Assembly: GCA_963169515.1 (NCBI GenBank)
Contig: CAUJEF010000068.1
Span: 1 to 45,340, forward strand
Reading direction: 5' to 3'
Origin: Bdellovibrionota bacterium
GTDB lineage: Bacteria; Bdellovibrionota; Bdellovibrionia; Bdellovibrionales; JAEYZS01
Length of the DNA: 45,340 nucleotides
Shown: piece after piece, positions 17,030 to 25,859 of the stretch
Layout: each line of letters starts with the position of its first letter
Position numbering within the stretch: the first letter of the stretch is position 1
Position numbers and translations under genes: made by a program
The notes under the pieces: model-generated
What the model was told of the DNA's origin: nothing
What the model saw: the letters and a program-made list of their open reading frames with translations, nothing else
Databases searched by the model: none

Positions 17030-18439
17030 TTAAAACTTAGGCGCAAGATTTGGAAGCTCCTTTGGAGCATTGCTGTTGTGCCTGCCCTGTTGTGGCATGG
17101 ATTGTTCCATACTTTGTGGGGCCAAGTTTGCAAATACCCCATATTGTGGGACCCAAGCAAGCTTCACAACCCCCGTTGGTCCGTTCCGTTGCTTCCCCAC
17201 GATCACCTCTGCAATACCTCGATTATCAGTTGCTTCTTTATCATAATAGTCTTCTCGATAAATCATCATTATAACGTCTGCATCTTGCTCGATGGAACCC
17301 GACTCGCGAAGGTCTGAAAGCATGGGCCTGCGGTCTGAGCGCCCTTCGACTCCGCGATTAAGCTGGGATAATGCAATAACTGGAACCTCCAATTCTTTTG
17401 CAATAGCTTTCAAGGTGCGTGATATTTCAGAAACAGCGCGCTCGCGACTTTCTACCTTTTGTTTTAAGTCCATCAACTGAAGATAGTCGACCACGATCAT
17501 ATCAAGCCCGCCTTGAGACTTCAGCCTTCTACATTTCGCCCGAATTTCAAATGGACTAATTCCCACAGAATCATCAATGTGTAGAGGCGCTTCGCTCACT
17601 ACACTTGCCGCGTTGATCAATTTTGGCCATGCTGTATCGGCAATTTTTCCAACCCTTATGTTTGACAGATCCACCCGCCCCTCAGAGGCGAGCACCCGAA
17701 ACATCAGTTGCTCTTTGCTCATCTCAAGGGAAAAATATGCGACCTTCTTTTTTCCGCGAATTGCGGCATGGGTGGCCATGTTTAAGCTTAACGCCGTTTT
17801 CCCCATAGATGGACGGGCCGCGAGGATGATTAATTCTCCCGGCTGGAAGCCTGCCGTTATAAGATCTAGATCTGTGAACCCACTCGGAACCCCAATAATC
17901 GAGGCCCCGCGACTGTAAAGATCTTCTAAGCGTGCCAAAGCTTTTTTCAAAATATCTTTGGCTGGGACGACGCCTTGAACTTCGCGTTTTTCAACGATTT
18001 GGTAAATCTTTGCTTCCGCTTGGTCTAAAAAACTCCCAATGTCTTCATATTCTTCTTCGTAAGCACTATTCACAAGCTCCGAACACGTTTGGATTAATCG
18101 TCGGCAGAGGGCCTTTTCAACAACTATGTCGACATATGTTTTTAAATTAAGTGTCGTCGGCGTCGAATTCAAAGTTTCTGCCAAATACCCTGCGCCACCA
18201 ACCAAATCGAGCAATTCTTTTCGCTTCAGGTATTCAGAAACAGTGAGTATATCAATGGTCTGCCCTTTTTGCTGCAACTCTGTGATGGCAGAAAAAATAC
18301 TTCTATGCGCAGACTTATAAAAATGTTCTTCGGAAATAGATTCGCAGATTTCGTCCCACTTCTGAGGCTCAAGCATCAAGCCCCCGATAATGTACTGTTC
18401 TGCTTCTGCGCTGTGTGGCGGTACGCGTACTTGCACCAA
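17030..18439 (-). CDS. dnaB: Replicative DNA helicase
   Basis: PPHS.EAEQ, AARPSMGKT, FSLEM, VDYLQL, SQLNR, SDLRESGSIEQDAD, KQRNGPTG. Confidence 0.98.
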   Translation of the reverse strand: MVQVRVPPHSAEAEQYIIGGLMLEPQKWDEICESISEEHFYKSAHRSIFSAITELQQKGQTIDILTVSEYLKRKELLDLVGGAGYLAETLNSTPTTLNLKTYVDIVVEKALCRRLIQTCSELVNSAYEEEYEDIGSFLDQAEAKIYQIVEKREVQGVVPAKDILKKALARLEDLYSRGASIIGVPSGFTDLDLITAGFQPGELIILAARPSMGKTALSLNMATHAAIRGKKKVAYFSLEMSKEQLMFRVLASEGRVDLSNIRVGKIADTAWPKLINAASVVSEAPLHIDDSVGISPFEIRAKCRRLKSQGGLDMIVVDYLQLMDLKQKVESRERAVSEISRTLKAIAKELEVPVIALSQLNRGVEGRSDRRPMLSDLRESGSIEQDADVIMMIYREDYYDKEATDNRGIAEVIVGKQRNGPTGVVKLAWVPQYGVFANLAPQSMEQSMPQQGRHNSNAPKELPNLAPKF

Positions 18440-18477
18440 AATCCCCTCTTAAAGCCTATTAAACAAGAGCGCTTTTA

Positions 18478-18921
18478 TTAGTTGCGCTCCACAGATACTA
18501 CGATTTCAGCAAAAAGCTCTTCTGAAAAGCGAATCATCGCTTTATGTTGTCCCAAAATTTTGATCGGCTCTTCCAAGTGAACGTCGCGGCGTTCAATGTC
18601 GAACCCCATTTTTTCCAGTTCGCGCGCAATGTCAACATTTGATATAGATCCAAAAAGTTTTTCATTTTCACCCGCATTAACTTTAAACGTAACTATTTTA
18701 CCGGATATGCTGTCTAGAACTTGCTTCCTTTCGCCAATCGCTTTTTTCTTTTTTGCTTCGGCGACTTTTTTTAGGTGTTCAAACTCTTGGGCACGCTTTT
18801 CTGTGGCCTCAAGAGCTAGCCTTTTTGGAAACAAAAAATTTCGTGCAAAACCTTTTGCAACATTAATAATTTCTCCAACTTTACCAACATTTTTAACGTC
18901 TTGTTTTAAAATGACCTTCAT
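18478..18921 (-). CDS. rplI: 50S ribosomal protein L9
   Basis: [29 protein letters not shown] and KLFGSI. GGAGG RBS before ATG 18921. Confidence 0.97.
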   Translation of the reverse strand: MKVILKQDVKNVGKVGEIINVAKGFARNFLFPKRLALEATEKRAQEFEHLKKVAEAKKKKAIGERKQVLDSISGKIVTFKVNAGENEKLFGSISNVDIARELEKMGFDIERRDVHLEEPIKILGQHKAMIRFSEELFAEIVVSVERN

Positions 18922-18981
18922 ATTACCTCCGGCGATCAATTTTGCTAAAATGTTTGATCCTCTTCCCGAATCACGCCCGCC

Positions 18982-19854
18982 TTAACTCGAGCCATCTGTA
19001 GAGGAAGCCTTAAAAATTCTTCCTCTAAAATTCAGCCAGTAATCAAGAATCCCCAAGATGCTCACAAATAAAAACAACTGCGTTACGAAAACCACATACA
19101 AAAACGCTTTGATAAATGGTCCCAACCTATACCGGGTGAACGCGAGCGCTACTATAGAAAGCCCTTGGAAGAAATACAACAAAAGAATCACGTTCAATAA
19201 ATTTAATGCAACTTCCTGCCCCCAATTAATAGGAGTTTTTACGAATGAAAATAGCAGGGCCACAATCACCAGCCATACCAGGCCATCGGGAAGGCGCGTA
19301 TTTAAAAATGGATCTTCCTCTGGACGAAAAAGTTTCGATACCCCACGAAATCGGCGGTCAAAAAGAATCGCCAACCACATCGCAATACCTAGCGCCGTAA
19401 ATAAAATTGATGGCAGCTGTTTTACAACGCTTTCCAGGTCAACCTTAAGGCTGGGATCGATCTTCTGGATAGACTCAACCATCCCTTGTAGGGAAGAGGT
19501 CGCCCACTCCACTGCCTGTATATTTTGAGATTTAATGTAAAAAAAACAAACCCCGCCAATAAGAAGTGATGTTTTTAAAACTGAAAAGAAGCCGGCTTTT
19601 AAATAGCCAAAATACTCTAATTCAAAATAAAAGACCACCAGAAGCGAACAAATCAAATATGGGGCCCACAAAAATGGATTGTTCGTAAAAATCAATCCCA
19701 TAGCTATAAAAAAATTAAAAGCGAGGAACTGCCATCGCCCAACTTCTCGATATAAAAACATAAGGGGAACTGCGCCCAGGACCCCTGTCAGAGTTGCCAA
19801 AACAAAACTCAAAGCTTCGTAAAAAAATACTGACGATATCTTTTTTTTAAACAC
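18982..19854 (-). CDS. DUF2232/YybS-family membrane protein
   Basis: Multi-TM protein with YFFQGLSIV and LGILDYWLNFR. Classic position between rpsF and rplI. Confidence 0.85.
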   Translation of the reverse strand: MFKKKISSVFFYEALSFVLATLTGVLGAVPLMFLYREVGRWQFLAFNFFIAMGLIFTNNPFLWAPYLICSLLVVFYFELEYFGYLKAGFFSVLKTSLLIGGVCFFYIKSQNIQAVEWATSSLQGMVESIQKIDPSLKVDLESVVKQLPSILFTALGIAMWLAILFDRRFRGVSKLFRPEEDPFLNTRLPDGLVWLVIVALLFSFVKTPINWGQEVALNLLNVILLLYFFQGLSIVALAFTRYRLGPFIKAFLYVVFVTQLFLFVSILGILDYWLNFRGRIFKASSTDGSS

Positions 19855-19863
19855 GTATTTGCC

Positions 19864-20289
19864 TTACATTGGCATTGACGGACGACGCTCGCGCTTTCTT
19901 TGTTCGCGAATTTCACGCTCTTTTGCTTCACGAGCATGAACTTCTGCCAAAGTTTCTTTGAATTTTTGAAGATGTTTATCTAGCTCCACGCGCTCATCAA
20001 GCCGAACGTGCATGAAGCGAAGGATGCTGTCGTTAATTCTCATTGTACGCTCTAGCTCCGCGATACACTCTGTTCCTGCCATGAATGTAACATGGAAGTA
20101 CAATCCCGTACGTTCTTTGCGAATCGGGTTACAAAGCTTGCGCCGACCCCAGGTATCCACGCTGTGTAGGGTTCCTTTAAAGCCTTCAATGATTTTTTTG
20201 TTCTTTTTGAAAAGAGTCTTTTGTGTTTCTTCGGACGCTTCCGGCACCAGAATTACTACGCCTTCATAAGGTCGAATACGTTGATTCAT
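19864..20289 (-). CDS. rpsF: 30S ribosomal protein S6
   Basis: RPYE..I, DTWGRRKL..PI.K...G.Y, ELERTMRIND.ILRFM. Confidence 0.95.
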   Translation of the reverse strand: MNQRIRPYEGVVILVPEASEETQKTLFKKNKKIIEGFKGTLHSVDTWGRRKLCNPIRKERTGLYFHVTFMAGTECIAELERTMRINDSILRFMHVRLDERVELDKHLQKFKETLAEVHAREAKEREIREQRKRERRPSMPM

Positions 20290-20296
20290 TTAATGA

Positions 20297-20335
20297 TTCC
20301 TTTTGGTTTAAGCCCCTTTTTGTTGGAGCAAGGTT
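20297..20335 (-). ncRNA. S6:S18-binding ribosomal leader (cis-regulatory RNA)
   Basis: Transcript reads CCUU-GCUCC-AACAAAAA-GGGGC-UUAAACCAA-AAGGA...AUG. The outer stem CCUU/AAGG sequesters the RBS, there is an inner hairpin, and the 3' bulge contains CCA. Confidence 0.7.
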
Positions 20336-20495
20336 TTTCAGCGAACTGAATTAGGTAACACGAGCCTTTTCAAAAAACAATGCACCTCTTTTTGCTGCGC
20401 AGCGTCTGTGCGGCTCTAGTTAAACGACCAGTTCAGACCGAAACCATTTAGCCCTTCCGCCATCGGGTTTAAAATAAGTTTGAGGACTACAGGCA

Positions 20496-21200
20496 ATGGC
20501 AGAACCGTTCCACATAAAGTTTACTTCCGGTGATTTTAAAGGCGCCTCATTTAAAATAAAAGATGGCTTAACTCTGGGGCGCGCAAAGGCAGATTTAAAT
20601 TTTAAAGATCCCAAAATTTCTACAGTACATGTGAAGTTTATTCGCGAAGAAACGGGGAAATGGTTCATAAAAGATATGGATTCTACGAATGGGATCTGGT
20701 TCGACGGCAAAAAAGTCAAGGCTCAAGAGCTGCAGGCGGGACAGCAATTTCGTATTGGCAGTATTGAATTTGAAATTATTTCTCCCTTTCAAAGCGTTCA
20801 GCCCGATCCGACTGAAATCAAAGCGTGGCGAGAACCACTTTTTAATTTTCTGGACAGACTTCAGCTAAAGCAAACGCCACAGGCTCTAAGTGCGTTTCAT
20901 CCGCCGCTCATACTCACAATAACAGAGGGTCAACAGGCCTCTACAAAATGGGTTTTGGGCTATGGTCCAAGGGATATAGGTCCCGTACATTTTGACCATC
21001 CAATACTCGAACCCGGCTCGCCGGACACATGCTTCACCATTGAGCCTTCAGCCGCGGGACCTATAATTAAAACTGCGTTTCCGGACAAGGTTTTGCTCAA
21101 CGGCCAAAGCAAAGATACCGAAAAAATTCATGATGGACTCTGGATTAAAATTCAGAATACAAAAATAGTGGTGAGTCTAGATCATGAAACAGATTCCTAA
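20496..21200 (+). CDS. FHA-domain protein (intact N-terminal FHA plus degenerate second FHA-like domain)
   Basis: LGR, IS.VH and DSTNG phosphothreonine-binding residues. The C-half repeats the fold pattern (ITEG...VLLNG...IHDG..IKI) without them. Confidence 0.85.
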   Translation: MAEPFHIKFTSGDFKGASFKIKDGLTLGRAKADLNFKDPKISTVHVKFIREETGKWFIKDMDSTNGIWFDGKKVKAQELQAGQQFRIGSIEFEIISPFQSVQPDPTEIKAWREPLFNFLDRLQLKQTPQALSAFHPPLILTITEGQQASTKWVLGYGPRDIGPVHFDHPILEPGSPDTCFTIEPSAAGPIIKTAFPDKVLLNGQSKDTEKIHDGLWIKIQNTKIVVSLDHETDS

Positions 21201-22065
21201 AAAGACCGGCTATTTCAAAAGTTTTGACGGGACACAAATTTATTACGAAATTCGTGGGGAGGGTTTGCCTGTCATACTTAATTACGGAATTGTTTGCCTG
21301 ATTAATCATTGGCATAATCAAATCAAGTACTTTTCACAGAGATACCAAACCATCGCATTTGATTTGCGAGGACATCACAATTCGGCCGTCCCCCAAGATC
21401 GGGCACATCTTTCCATAGATGCGATTGCTCAGGATATAAAAGGTCTTGTCGACCATCTGAAAATAAAAAAGGCCAGCTTTTGGGGCCATAGTTTTGGCTG
21501 CCAATTTTTAATTCGTGGATACGATATGTTCCCAGAAATTTTTCACAATATGATTTTTATAAACGGCTTTGCTGCCAATCCCCTAAATGGAATGCTTGGG
21601 ACCGATAACCTCAATCAGGTTTTTCAAGGCATAAAACAAGTTTACAAACACATTCCAGAAACTATGAGCTTTGCGTGGGAAAAACTAGCCAATAATCCAC
21701 TTACCATGCGTCTTCTGGCTTTGTCGGGTGGGTTTAACTTGAAGTTGACGAGCTTCAAAGACATTGAAATCTACGCCAAGGGGATGTCGAATATTCCTGT
21801 AGACGTTTTTTTGACACTGTTTGAAGACATGGTCCAATACAACGGGACAAGCGTTCTTGAGCGCATTGAATGTCCGACTCTGATCATCGGTGGGAAAAAA
21901 GACACTGTCACTCCGCTCGAACATCAGCTTCTTTTACATAGTAAAATTAAAGGGAGCGAATTCATGGAAGTTCCATATGGGACCCACTGCACACAGCTTG
22001 ATATGCCCGACCTTGTAAACCTGCGAATAGAAAAATTTTTGAATCAGAACGAATATGTTAAATAA
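21184..22065 (+). CDS. Alpha/beta hydrolase
   Basis: DLRGH, GHSFG nucleophile elbow, PTLIIGGKKD and GTH catalytic His. Confidence 0.9.
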   Translation: MKQIPKKTGYFKSFDGTQIYYEIRGEGLPVILNYGIVCLINHWHNQIKYFSQRYQTIAFDLRGHHNSAVPQDRAHLSIDAIAQDIKGLVDHLKIKKASFWGHSFGCQFLIRGYDMFPEIFHNMIFINGFAANPLNGMLGTDNLNQVFQGIKQVYKHIPETMSFAWEKLANNPLTMRLLALSGGFNLKLTSFKDIEIYAKGMSNIPVDVFLTLFEDMVQYNGTSVLERIECPTLIIGGKKDTVTPLEHQLLLHSKIKGSEFMEVPYGTHCTQLDMPDLVNLRIEKFLNQNEYVK

Positions 22066-22300
22066 TTTCTTTTTTATTGGCTTCGAAAGGCAGCTCCATT
22101 TGCTCAGCCGGAGATGGTTTTAAAATCGAATCGACGTTGTGGTTTGAATTTTTTTCGTCATAGAGCGGAGGAATTTTTAAATCCACCCCATATGCCGCTT
22201 TTGCTAAATATTTAATAAATGCTGCCTTAGAGCTTGTTGTCGCTTTTTGATTAAATCCCAGCTCTTCCATTAGCCGGTTTATTTTTTTGATGTCACCCAT
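22058..22300 (-). CDS. Small hypothetical protein
   Basis: 80-aa ORF with an AAGGA RBS and a candidate sigma28 promoter upstream. Confidence 0.65.
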   Translation of the reverse strand: MGDIKKINRLMEELGFNQKATTSSKAAFIKYLAKAAYGVDLKIPPLYDEKNSNHNVDSILKPSPAEQMELPFEANKKEII

Positions 22301-22319
22301 AGCAAGATCCTTTGAATTC

Positions 22320-22346
22320 TTATCGGAGACTCGGGTGTTTTCTTAG
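22320..22346 (-). promoter_or_regulatory. Candidate FliA (sigma28) promoter
   Basis: Minus strand reads CTAAG-N14-TCCGATAA, compared with the consensus TAAAG..GCCGATAA. It ends 19 bp before the ATG at 22300. Confidence 0.5.
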
Positions 22347-22482
22347 ATCTTGCGCTAGAACTTCTGGTCCTCCGTGAACCTGAACCTATGACAAGTGTAC
22401 CACTACCGATGGTTAATTTCAGTTTGTTTAAGCGTCGCATCATCTAAATGTGGCGGGGTGGTGCCAACAAGGCCCTCCCGTG

Positions 22483-22512
22483 TGTGGATAAGTATGTGTG
22501 CCTTGTGGATAT
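22483..22512. promoter_or_regulatory. Pair of co-oriented DnaA boxes outside oriC
   Basis: TGTGGATAA (22483-91, perfect TTATCCACA) and TGTGGATAT (22504-12), starts 21 bp apart, in an intergenic region. Confidence 0.55.
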
Positions 22513-22594
22513 TTCCAATATTTTGGGACCAGAAATTTCGATGGCCACAATATAACGGGTTTGATAAGAATTCATATTCAAAATAGGAGTCAAA

Positions 22595-23365
22595 ATGAAC
22601 ATACTTGTTTGTTTAAAACAGGTTCCCGATACAGAAACAAAAATTAAACTGGGCCGAAACGAAATTGATACAAACGGTATTAAGTGGATTATGAATCCTT
22701 ATGACGAATTTGCTGTTGAGGAAGCCCTTAAAATTAAAACACAGTTCCCGGGCTCTACGGTTACAGCCTTAAGCTTGGGCCCAAAAGTGCGTGTAACGGA
22801 GGCTCTTCGAACCGCCCTTGCAATGGGGGCGGACAAAGCTGTTGTCATAGACGCGGAGGAAACTTTGGATAATTTCGTAACAGCAAAAGCTCTCGCCGCC
22901 GCGGCCTTAAAGATTGGCCCGTTTGAAATAATTCTGGCCGGAAAATCTGCCATTGACGATAATTCTTTTTGTGTTGGACAAATGTTAGCTGAATTTTTAG
23001 GTGTTCCTCACGCGACTTCCATTTCAAAAGCGACATACGAAGGAGACAGGGCTCTGGTTGAGCGCGAGATTGAAGGTGGCGCACGCGAAGTTTTAGAGCT
23101 TGAATTGCCTTGCTTGTTAACAGCAAATCGGGGGCTGAATACGCCAAGATATGCAAGCCTTCCTGGGATTATGCGCGCTAAGAAAATTGCTATCGAAGAA
23201 ATTTCACTGTCAGCGCTCGGCCTCTCTGGAGCAGACCAAAAAATAAAATACATGGACTATCAACTTCCCGCAGACAGACCCTCTGTTAAAATGATTCAAG
23301 GGGACTCGGGGCAACAGGCAAAAGAGCTCGCCCGTTTGCTAAGGGAAGAGGCGAAAGTAATTTAG
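22595..23365 (+). CDS. etfB: Electron transfer flavoprotein beta subunit
   Basis: VCLKQVPDT, MNPYDEFAVEEAL, ALAMGAD, LNTPRYASL. Confidence 0.96.
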   Translation: MNILVCLKQVPDTETKIKLGRNEIDTNGIKWIMNPYDEFAVEEALKIKTQFPGSTVTALSLGPKVRVTEALRTALAMGADKAVVIDAEETLDNFVTAKALAAAALKIGPFEIILAGKSAIDDNSFCVGQMLAEFLGVPHATSISKATYEGDRALVEREIEGGAREVLELELPCLLTANRGLNTPRYASLPGIMRAKKIAIEEISLSALGLSGADQKIKYMDYQLPADRPSVKMIQGDSGQQAKELARLLREEAKVI

Positions 23366-23375
23366 AGGATATAAT

Positions 23376-24338
23376 ATGGCAACCGTTATAATTTTTGCAG
23401 AATTCATTGATAATAAAATTAAAAAGGGAACGCTTGAGCTTTTTACTGCCGTCAAAAATGACTCTGTCGAGGCCATTTTGTTGGGAACAGACTCGGCTGA
23501 ACTCGTACAAGAGCTGAGCAGAGTTGGCGCCAAAAAAGTTTATCTTGTGAAAGACCCCGTACTTAAAAACTATAACTCCGCCGCTTATGCTGCTGCCGCA
23601 ACAGAAGCGATTAAAAAATCAGGCGCAACCGTTGTGTTGGGGTCTGGCAGCATGATGGCAAAAGATCATTTCCCCCGCTTAGCGGCCCGTTTTGACGGTG
23701 GGTTTGTTGGCGACTGCACAGACATCCAAATTTCAGAAGAACACGTTACAGGGAAAAGACCTCTTTATTCTGGAAAATGTACGGCAAATTTCGCTTTCAC
23801 CGATAAAGTACGTATGAAATTTATATTGATGCGCCCAAACCAATTGCCTGCGCCACAAATAAAAAAGGTTCCCACCACGGCAGAAACGCTCCCTGTCTCC
23901 TTTGAAGGTTTAAAAGTAAGAGTGAAAGAAGTTATTCAGGGCACATCTTCCCAGGCCGATTTAACCGAAGCGGCGGTGATCATCGCCGGCGGTCGCGGGA
24001 TGAAAGGACCGGAGAACTTCAAACTACTCGATGCTCTAGCCAAGCCTATACATGCAACCGTCGGCGCTTCGCGCGCTGTTGTCGACGCCGGATGGACCGC
24101 TCATTCTACTCAAGTTGGCCAAACCGGTAAGATTGTTGCGCCAAACTTATACATTGCCGTGGGAATTTCGGGCGCAATTCAGCATTTGGCAGGCATGAGT
24201 TCCAGCAAAGTTATTGTTGCAATCAACAAAGATCCTGAGGCTCCGATATTCAAAAAAGCAACCTATGGGGTCGTAGGTGATCTGTTTGAAATCATACCAA
24301 AACTGACAGAAGAATTTACAGCACTTGTTTCTCACTAA
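23376..24338 (+). CDS. etfA: Electron transfer flavoprotein alpha subunit
   Basis: IAGGRG, GASRAVVDAGW, QVGQTGK, GISGAIQH, AINKD.EAPIF. Confidence 0.97.
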   Translation: MATVIIFAEFIDNKIKKGTLELFTAVKNDSVEAILLGTDSAELVQELSRVGAKKVYLVKDPVLKNYNSAAYAAAATEAIKKSGATVVLGSGSMMAKDHFPRLAARFDGGFVGDCTDIQISEEHVTGKRPLYSGKCTANFAFTDKVRMKFILMRPNQLPAPQIKKVPTTAETLPVSFEGLKVRVKEVIQGTSSQADLTEAAVIIAGGRGMKGPENFKLLDALAKPIHATVGASRAVVDAGWTAHSTQVGQTGKIVAPNLYIAVGISGAIQHLAGMSSSKVIVAINKDPEAPIFKKATYGVVGDLFEIIPKLTEEFTALVSH

Positions 24339-24976
24339 TGGGACGAAGTATTCTCGCCTTTTTTATTTGGGCTGTTTACAAGGCCTGGACATCGACCTGG
24401 CGCAAAGTAGCTATTGAGTCATCCGAAATGAAGGCTCTCATGAGGGATAATAAGCCCATCATCTTTGCCATGTGGCATGGAAACGAATTAGCAATGATTT
24501 CGTATTCTACGATATATAAATGCGCGGCCATGACCTCTCAAAGCAAAGACGGAGATTTAATGGACTTTGTTCTGCGTATGCTCGGGTTCAAAACTTCTCG
24601 CGGTTCATCTACCCGCGGTGGCATTTCTGCATTAAAAGGTATCATTAGAAATTCTCGCGCAGGTTATATACCTGTTTTCCCTGTAGACGGCCCCAAGGGA
24701 CCCATCTACCAGCCAAAACCTGGCGTGTTCGAGATGTCAAAAATTATGAATGCACATATAATACCCAGCGGGATTGCTCACTCCGGAGCAATTCACTTTA
24801 AAAAGTCTTGGAACAAGACTTTTCTACCTCTTCCATTTAGCCGCGTTGTACTTTATTGGGGGGCGCCGATTCCTCCGGTGAACAAAAACCAAGATCCTCG
24901 CGATCCACAGCTTGCAAAAATACTAAAAGAATCTCTTGATGCTTGTGGTCAGCGCGCACGACAATTTCGCTCTTAG
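24338..24976 (+). CDS. DUF374 / lysophospholipid acyltransferase-family protein
   Basis: WHG, SQSKDGD, RGSSTRGG, DGPKGP, SW.KTFLPLPF. Confidence 0.88.
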   Translation: MGRSILAFFIWAVYKAWTSTWRKVAIESSEMKALMRDNKPIIFAMWHGNELAMISYSTIYKCAAMTSQSKDGDLMDFVLRMLGFKTSRGSSTRGGISALKGIIRNSRAGYIPVFPVDGPKGPIYQPKPGVFEMSKIMNAHIIPSGIAHSGAIHFKKSWNKTFLPLPFSRVVLYWGAPIPPVNKNQDPRDPQLAKILKESLDACGQRARQFRS

Positions 24977-24978
24977 GT

Positions 24979-25007
24979 TTGCAGACTAAATCCTTCGATG
25001 CTAGCGT
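24979..25007 (+). promoter_or_regulatory. Candidate internal sigma70 promoter for the PPIase cluster
   Basis: TTGCAG, 17 bp spacer, TAGCGT, with an extended -10 TG at 24999-25000. Confidence 0.4.
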
Positions 25008-25045
25008 TTTAATTGATCTACTTTAACGGATTCGAGGTATTTACC

Positions 25046-25855
25046 ATGAAGAAACTTTTACTTCTTTCTTTGATTTTTGCGTTTCCCGTTTTTGCCGCGA
25101 CATCGTCTGCAATTGTTGCAGAGGTTGGCGATATCAAAATTACAAACAAAGAGTTTAATCATAAATACGATGCGGTTAAAAAGTCTTTGAATCCTCCAAC
25201 GAAAGAGCAGTTTTTAGAAGACCTTGTTCGTTTTCAAATCGGAGTACAAGAGGCAAAAAAAAGAAAAATGGACCAAGACCCTGTCGTCCAAGAGCGGCTA
25301 GAACAGATTATGTATGTCCATTTGGTTGAAACTGAATTGGGCCAAAAGGCGACGGATTTAAACGTGAAAGAGTCTGAAATGCGCGAGTTTTATAAGTCCA
25401 ACCCAGAGCTTAGAACCAGCCACATACTGATTGAACTAAAGCCAAATGCAACGGCAAAAGAACATGCGGTTGCAAAAAAACGCGCTCAAGAAATCTATTC
25501 AGAAGTTAAGAAAAGCAAGCGCCCGTTTGAGGAGCTTGTTAAGCTATACAGCGACGACTCTCTAAGCAAAGTAAACGGAGGCGACATCGGATGGCACACT
25601 CCGCTTACCCTGCCAAACAGAGATTACTATAATACTGCAATGAAAATGAAGGTGGGAAATATTTCTGGCTTGGTTGAAACGGCCTTTGGGTTTCATATCA
25701 TAAAACTTACCGGCATTAATAAGTTTGAAGACGCAGACAAAACAAAAATCCGCGCGGCTGTACTCGAAACAAAAAAGAAAGCCCTGTTTGATAAGTTTTT
25801 TGCCAGCTTAAAGTCGAAATACAAAATAAAAACTTATAAAGAAAACCTAGAATAA
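25046..25855 (+). CDS. Periplasmic parvulin-type peptidyl-prolyl isomerase
   Basis: Signal peptide MKKLLLL...VFA, SHILI, NGGDIGW, TAFGFHII. GAGG RBS before ATG 25046. Confidence 0.9.
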   Translation: MKKLLLLSLIFAFPVFAATSSAIVAEVGDIKITNKEFNHKYDAVKKSLNPPTKEQFLEDLVRFQIGVQEAKKRKMDQDPVVQERLEQIMYVHLVETELGQKATDLNVKESEMREFYKSNPELRTSHILIELKPNATAKEHAVAKKRAQEIYSEVKKSKRPFEELVKLYSDDSLSKVNGGDIGWHTPLTLPNRDYYNTAMKMKVGNISGLVETAFGFHIIKLTGINKFEDADKTKIRAAVLETKKKALFDKFFASLKSKYKIKTYKENLE

Positions 25856-25859
25856 AACA

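Noticed and set aside
22395..22586. 63-aa ORF upstream of etfB
   Set aside because: GTG start with no RBS and an unprotein-like composition. The region is better explained as regulatory DNA.
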